This document shows positions 59,200 to 64,000 of a stretch of 64,000 bases of DNA, piece by piece; within the stretch, counting starts at the first letter, position 1; every line of letters begins with the position of its first letter. The translations under genes and the position numbers were made by a program. The notes below the pieces were generated by a model, which saw only the letters and a list, made by a program, of their open reading frames with translations, was not told the origin of the DNA and ran no database searches. Origin of the DNA: an uncultured cyanobacterium (GTDB lineage Bacteria > Cyanobacteriota > Cyanobacteriia > PCC-9006 > JAAUQQ01); NCBI GenBank assembly GCA_963718615.1, contig OY970368.1:1472001-1536000 (forward strand), written 5' to 3'.

Positions 59200-61326
59200 A
59201 TGACCCTGAACCAGCCCCTTAACCCTAATTCATCTTCCCGCCCGGCCAGAAAATCCGGTAAGCGTCCCCTATTTTCTGGAAAACGGAGCGCAGAACCTGA
59301 GGGAAAAGCCGCCGCGATCGCAGATCCCATTCATTCAAAAACCGATCGTCGTCAACCCCAGTCCCCTCAGCCGCAGCGCTCGGGGCGAGGGTCAGACCGC
59401 CGCCCAAGCCTTGGCACGCGGTTGTTGTTAAGTTGGCAGCTTTGGATTTTGCTGGCGATGGGTTGTGTGGGAACCACAGGTTCCTTGGCGGTTCTGTCGC
59501 TGTTGCGCTTGCCCCAGGCTTGGGAATGTCCTCGGGTCTTTTGGCCGCTGGCGTCGGCGTCGCTGCGGGTCTACTGTGCCCAAGCGGCAGCAGATCAACA
59601 TACCCACCGGGGCCTGCTGGATGCCATTACGTTGGTAGAGCCGCTGCCTGAAAATCATCCCCTGCGTCCGATGGTGGATCGCAATCTGCGCCGCTGGTCC
59701 TTGGAGCTCATGGATGTCACCGAGCAATTGTTTCAAGACGGCAATCTCTCGGATGCCTTAGCGACTGCCGATAAGATTCCCTACAAATACCTACCCTGTA
59801 ATGATACGGAATGCCCCAAAGAGGTGATGGAGCGCCGTAAGAAACGCTGGAAAAAAGTATGGGAACAGGCGGAGAAAATTTTTCAAGATGCTGAAAAATC
59901 CCTCATCAATCAAAAATGGACCGAGGCGTCTGAAATTGCGGCGGAATTGTTGTCGATTGAAAACCGCTACTGGCGAACGACCAAGTACGAAGAGCTGAGC
60001 AGCCAAATTCAAGAGGTTCGAGGCACCAATAGCGTTCTGGCAAAGGCTCGTCAATTGGCCGAGAAAGGGGATGTGGAGAATATTCTCCAGGCCATTAAAC
60101 TAGTCTCTACCATTCCGGCCAGTAGCCGCCTCTATCCGGTGGCCAAGGGGTCGCTGTCGCGGTTTGGGCGTCAGCTCATGGATTTGGCTGAGCAGGCGCT
60201 CGATAGCCAGGATTTATCGGAAGCGCTTTCGATCGTCGACCAGATCCCCGAACAGGCCAACCTCAAGAAAGAAATTAAGGATTTCAAACTATTGGCCCGT
60301 GCCCAGGCTCGGACCTGGAGCGGTTATATTCCCGATCTCCAGGCGGCGATCGCCGATGTCAAGCTCATCAGTATCGATCGCCCACTCTACAGCAAGGCCC
60401 AGCAACTCATCGTTCGCTGGCAAACCGAAATTGAAGACATTACCCGGTTAGATAAGGCTCAAAAACTGGCGTCTGAAGGTAGTATCCCGAGCCTGATAAC
60501 GGCGATTTCCGAAGTATCGCTGATTCCCAAGACCAATCCCCGCTGGGATGAGGCCCAGCGCTTAATTAATCAATGGTCCAGCACGATTCAGACCCAGGAG
60601 GATAGTCCGTTCCTCGACCGGGCAGAGCGTCTCTCCCAAGGGGCCAGCATCGAAGCCTATCAGGCGGCGATCGCCGAGGCCAGCCGCATCGGCAAGGGCC
60701 GAGCCCTCTATGACCAAGCCCAAGGCCGGATTAGCGATTGGCGTGACAAGCTAGAGTGGCTCCAGGATCAGCCCTTCTTGGCCCAGGCGCGAGCGCTGGC
60801 GGCTGCGGGCAATTTGCAGGGGGCGATCGCCACCGCGCAACAAATTGGGTCTGGACGCCGCCTCTACGGGGAAGCTCAAGATGCGATTGGGGGCTGGCAA
60901 AGTCAGGTCGATTCCCAGGGGAGTTTGGCCAAAGCCCGCCAATATGCCCAGGACCGCGATAACCCCGATGCCCTGCTCCAAGCGATTAAGACTGCCGATC
61001 GTGTGCCGACATCGAGTAGTCTGCGCTATGACGCGGATCTCGACATCGAAACCTGGAGCAATCGAATTTTGCAAATTGCAATTAGTCGGGCGGATTCTGA
61101 CCTCTACAGCGCCATTGACATTGCCCAGCTCATTCCCTCCTGGACCGGGGCCTACGGAGCCGCTCAGTCTCGGATTTCCGGCTGGCAGGAGCTGTTACAG
61201 CCGGTGATTCCCCCTGAGCCGGTTTACGAAGCACCCATCCCTGCCCCGCCCCCTGCACCCGTGGAAGAAGAACCTGCACCTGTGCTGGAACCGCTGCTGG
61301 ACGAGGCTCCTGCGACTAATCCTTAA
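59200..61326 (+). CDS. Conserved cyanobacterial membrane-anchored helical-repeat protein (often labelled chromosome segregation ATPase)
   Basis: TM helix; C..VFWPLASASLRVYCAQ; repeated AI..A..I....LY..AQ..I..W units; no Walker motif seen. Confidence 0.75.
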   Translation: MTLNQPLNPNSSSRPARKSGKRPLFSGKRSAEPEGKAAAIADPIHSKTDRRQPQSPQPQRSGRGSDRRPSLGTRLLLSWQLWILLAMGCVGTTGSLAVLSLLRLPQAWECPRVFWPLASASLRVYCAQAAADQHTHRGLLDAITLVEPLPENHPLRPMVDRNLRRWSLELMDVTEQLFQDGNLSDALATADKIPYKYLPCNDTECPKEVMERRKKRWKKVWEQAEKIFQDAEKSLINQKWTEASEIAAELLSIENRYWRTTKYEELSSQIQEVRGTNSVLAKARQLAEKGDVENILQAIKLVSTIPASSRLYPVAKGSLSRFGRQLMDLAEQALDSQDLSEALSIVDQIPEQANLKKEIKDFKLLARAQARTWSGYIPDLQAAIADVKLISIDRPLYSKAQQLIVRWQTEIEDITRLDKAQKLASEGSIPSLITAISEVSLIPKTNPRWDEAQRLINQWSSTIQTQEDSPFLDRAERLSQGASIEAYQAAIAEASRIGKGRALYDQAQGRISDWRDKLEWLQDQPFLAQARALAAAGNLQGAIATAQQIGSGRRLYGEAQDAIGGWQSQVDSQGSLAKARQYAQDRDNPDALLQAIKTADRVPTSSSLRYDADLDIETWSNRILQIAISRADSDLYSAIDIAQLIPSWTGAYGAAQSRISGWQELLQPVIPPEPVYEAPIPAPPPAPVEEEPAPVLEPLLDEAPATNP

Positions 61327-61364
61327 AGTTCAGGCAAGGACCAAGGATTTAAGGGGGAGAGGAT

Positions 61365-62909
61365 TTAGGGGGGAGACGACTCCTGTAGAATTTGCCGGAC
61401 CACCGTCAGGGCCGAATAACTGACCCCCGCCGTGCCTTCGCCGGGATGGGTGGAATCGCCCACAAGCCAAAGGCCAGGAATTGGCGTGCGGTTGGCAAAG
61501 CCAAAGGGGCCGAAGTTAGAAAGCCGCTGACCAATGCCGCCGACAATCCCTTGATCGCGTGCGGTGTAATGGGCAAAGGTGCGAGGCGTTGCGGCTTCAC
61601 AAACGAGGATGTGTTGGGGCGAAAGATCAAAATAGCAGCTGAGACGGGCGATCGCCCCCTCTATATACCCCTGTTTCAAAGCCTGATAATCCGCCTCACT
61701 CCCCCGCCACCATTGCCGAATATCCGTAAACGACGAAGCAATAATCGTGGCCTTGCCCGCCGGTGCTCGCCCATCTCCAGGCTGGCTCACCGAGACAAAC
61801 AGAGAATTATTTTCGGCGATCGGCCCTTCATAATCGTAGAGAAACTGCAAATGGGGTGGACAATTTTGGGGAATGGCTGCCGCTTCCACCCCCAAATAAA
61901 TTACAAATGCGCCCGAGCCCTGGGGGAGCTTATCGACGCGATAGCGATAGCCCTGGATTAGCGCTTTTTCGATAGGACCTTGAGCGATCGCGTCATCCAG
62001 CAACGGGATCAAATTTTGCACCGGCACATTGGCGACGATATGGTCCGCCGCCACCCGTTGGACCTCCCCCGTTTTTTGATCGCGGACAGTTACGGCCTGA
62101 CGATGGATCCCTTCGACCCGCTGGCCGAGGTGGAGTTCACCCCCGTTTTGTTGAAGGGATTGGCAGAGGCGATCGCTCAACGCCTGCATACTGCCCTCCA
62201 GATGAAAAAGCCCCTGGGGCTCCTGGGAAACCGCCAGCGCCGTTGCCGCATAGAGCAACGCTGTTTCCTCCGCATCGACCTGAGAGTAGAGCTTGAGCTG
62301 AAGATCCAAAAATGTCCGCAATCGTCGGTCGTCCCCTAGACCCCACTGACGTAGGGCATCCCCCACGGTCGTCAGCAGGTAGGGCACCGTTTTAAACGTA
62401 TCGAACCGTAACGCTTTAGCGAGCTGGAGCAAATCCCAAGGGCTGCGGGGGGGCAGTATGGGGTCGCGGCTTTGGAAGGCCCAACTGGCTTGGAACAGCT
62501 CTTGTAGAAGTTGCCAGAAGGGTTCGCTGCCGGGGAAATGACGCGATCGCTCTGCTCGCCACCGTTCCGGATCCCGCCACACCGAAATCGGCTCCGACTC
62601 CCCCGGCAAAAACACCGCACAGGCCGGATCACAGGGCCGCGCCTGCGGCAGATCAATGCCCAACTCCGCAAAAATCCGCTGATGAATGCCCCCCGGCTCC
62701 AACCCCGCCACCTGGGTTGCCCCGACGTCAAACGTAAACCCCCGTCGCCGAAACGTGGAAGCACAGCCCCCCGGCACCCAAGCCTGCTCAAACACCTGCA
62801 CCCGATAGCCGTAATGGGCCAAGAGTGCCGCCGCCGTCAGGCCACCGATCCCTCCCCCGACTACAACGACCGAAGCGGAAAGCGATCCAGGAGTCGCAGC
62901 TAGAGACAT
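61365..62909 (-). CDS. crtD: Carotenoid C-3',4' desaturase
   Basis: Motifs GGGIGG, FDVGATQVAGLEPGGIH, GDSTHPGEGTAGVSYSA. Confidence 0.88.
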   Translation of the reverse strand: MSLAATPGSLSASVVVVGGGIGGLTAAALLAHYGYRVQVFEQAWVPGGCASTFRRRGFTFDVGATQVAGLEPGGIHQRIFAELGIDLPQARPCDPACAVFLPGESEPISVWRDPERWRAERSRHFPGSEPFWQLLQELFQASWAFQSRDPILPPRSPWDLLQLAKALRFDTFKTVPYLLTTVGDALRQWGLGDDRRLRTFLDLQLKLYSQVDAEETALLYAATALAVSQEPQGLFHLEGSMQALSDRLCQSLQQNGGELHLGQRVEGIHRQAVTVRDQKTGEVQRVAADHIVANVPVQNLIPLLDDAIAQGPIEKALIQGYRYRVDKLPQGSGAFVIYLGVEAAAIPQNCPPHLQFLYDYEGPIAENNSLFVSVSQPGDGRAPAGKATIIASSFTDIRQWWRGSEADYQALKQGYIEGAIARLSCYFDLSPQHILVCEAATPRTFAHYTARDQGIVGGIGQRLSNFGPFGFANRTPIPGLWLVGDSTHPGEGTAGVSYSALTVVRQILQESSPP

Positions 62910-63077
62910 AGCGTTACATTTCTTAAAAATCCTTTGATTCCTAGTTTAGCGCTTGTTTGGGAAGGATTTGCTGAGGTTAGGACGGTCACAAAAATCGCCC
63001 AATCTCCCCAAGAATAGGGATCTGGCAGCAGAAGCATCTCTGCTAAAATAACGAGGTTGTTTAGGGCTGTATCACTT

Positions 63078-63581
63078 TTGAGTCGTTCGCTAGACCTTCC
63101 TAAAATTGATGAGTTGGCGCAAGAACTAGCTGCCATCCAGCAAACCGGATCCAAACGCATCGCCGTGCTGGGGTCGCGCCATGTGCCGATCACCCACCAG
63201 CAACTCATCGAAATGATGACCTATGCGCTCGTCTTGGGCGGCAATCGACTCATCACCTCGGGTGCTCAGGGAACCAATGCCGCAGCCATTCGGGGTGCGA
63301 TGCGGGCTGATCCGAACCTGTTGACCGTGATTTTGCCCCAAAGTCTCGATCGCCAACCGCGCGAATCTCGAGAGCAGTTGGAGCAGGTTATCCATCTGGT
63401 TGAAAATCCAAGCAATAACGAAATGTCCCTGGCGGAGGCCAGTTCTCTCTGCAATCAGGAAATTGTTTCCCGCTGTCAGCAGTTGATCTGTTTTGCGTTT
63501 CACGATAGCAAAACGCTCTTAGAAACAGCCCAGTTTGCCGAGGACCAGCGGCGGGTTGTGACGCTGTTTTATTTTGACTAG
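63078..63581 (+). CDS. Conserved DprA/Smf-like (SLOG) small protein
   Basis: Motifs IAVLGSRHVP, TSGAQGTN, FAFHDS; TTG start inferred. Confidence 0.8.
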   Translation: MSRSLDLPKIDELAQELAAIQQTGSKRIAVLGSRHVPITHQQLIEMMTYALVLGGNRLITSGAQGTNAAAIRGAMRADPNLLTVILPQSLDRQPRESREQLEQVIHLVENPSNNEMSLAEASSLCNQEIVSRCQQLICFAFHDSKTLLETAQFAEDQRRVVTLFYFD

Positions 63582-63645
63582 TGTCTTCAATAGTCTGCTC
63601 AATTGCAGTAATGGCTTGACAATCTCATACTGACGACCTAACACC

Positions 63646-64000
63646 ATGGCAAGCTACTCTTTCGATGTGGTCAGCGATTTCGACTACCAAGAACTTGTGA
63701 ATGCCGTTGATCAATCCCGTCGGGAAATCCTCACGCGGTACGATCTAAAAGATACAAAGACCGAAATTGATCTGGAGCCGTCTAAGCTGACGATTCATAC
63801 CGATAGTGAGTTTACGCTCGATGCGATTCAAACGATTTTGCAAACCAAATCCGCTAAGCGAAATCTACCGTTAAAGATTTTTGACTATGGCAAAGTCGAA
63901 TCCGCCAGCGGGAATCGAGTTCGTCAAGAAATTATGCTAAAAAAAGGCATCGATCAGGAATTGGCAAAAAAGATGTCCAAGGCCATTCGAGACGAATTCA
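63646..64000 (+). CDS. yajQ: YajQ-family nucleotide-binding protein, 3' end outside the window (absent from the ORF track)
   Basis: [38 protein letters not shown]... Confidence 0.9.
   Translation, partial: MASYSFDVVSDFDYQELVNAVDQSRREILTRYDLKDTKTEIDLEPSKLTIHTDSEFTLDAIQTILQTKSAKRNLPLKIFDYGKVESASGNRVRQEIMLKKGIDQELAKKMSKAIRDEF

Noticed and set aside
59200-61326. SMC/chromosome-segregation ATPase
   Set aside because: No Walker A or B motif; it is a helical-repeat membrane protein.

Overview
This window is cyanobacterial chromosomal DNA. It has a very dense HIP1 octamer (GCGATCGC) and carries psbA, the NDH-1(3) CO2-uptake operon, ftrV and crtD. Most genes are housekeeping: ndhF3 (apparent +1 frameshift)-ndhD3-cupA-cupS, SPFH/NfeD, PP2C, folC, corA, a two-component pair, arfB, hpnA, aroF, a second EF-G, ppk2, tyrA and yajQ. 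Three AT-rich, HIP1-poor accessory patches interrupt this backbone. (i) A KAP-family NTPase is split by an IS1 with a perfect 8-bp target duplication. (ii) A broken LRR-Roc-COR (Roco) gene has had its middle replaced by an orphan gene, a second IS1 and a probable IS end; it is followed by a DUF4926-CHAT protease gene. (iii) An AAA_14/DUF4143 ATPase sits alone. Two observations stand out. First, upstream of the DAHP synthase gene is an unannotated 17-aa leader peptide, MFSNKFYFFWFMEVHLE, with competing antiterminator and terminator hairpins. This looks like a ribosome-mediated attenuator sensing Phe, Tyr and Trp in a cyanobacterium. Second, a short Gly/Asp/Asn/Gln motif is shared between the Roco C-terminus and the linker before the CHAT domain, which suggests amyloid-type sensor-to-protease signalling. 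All family assignments come from motif recognition by eye; no database searches were run.
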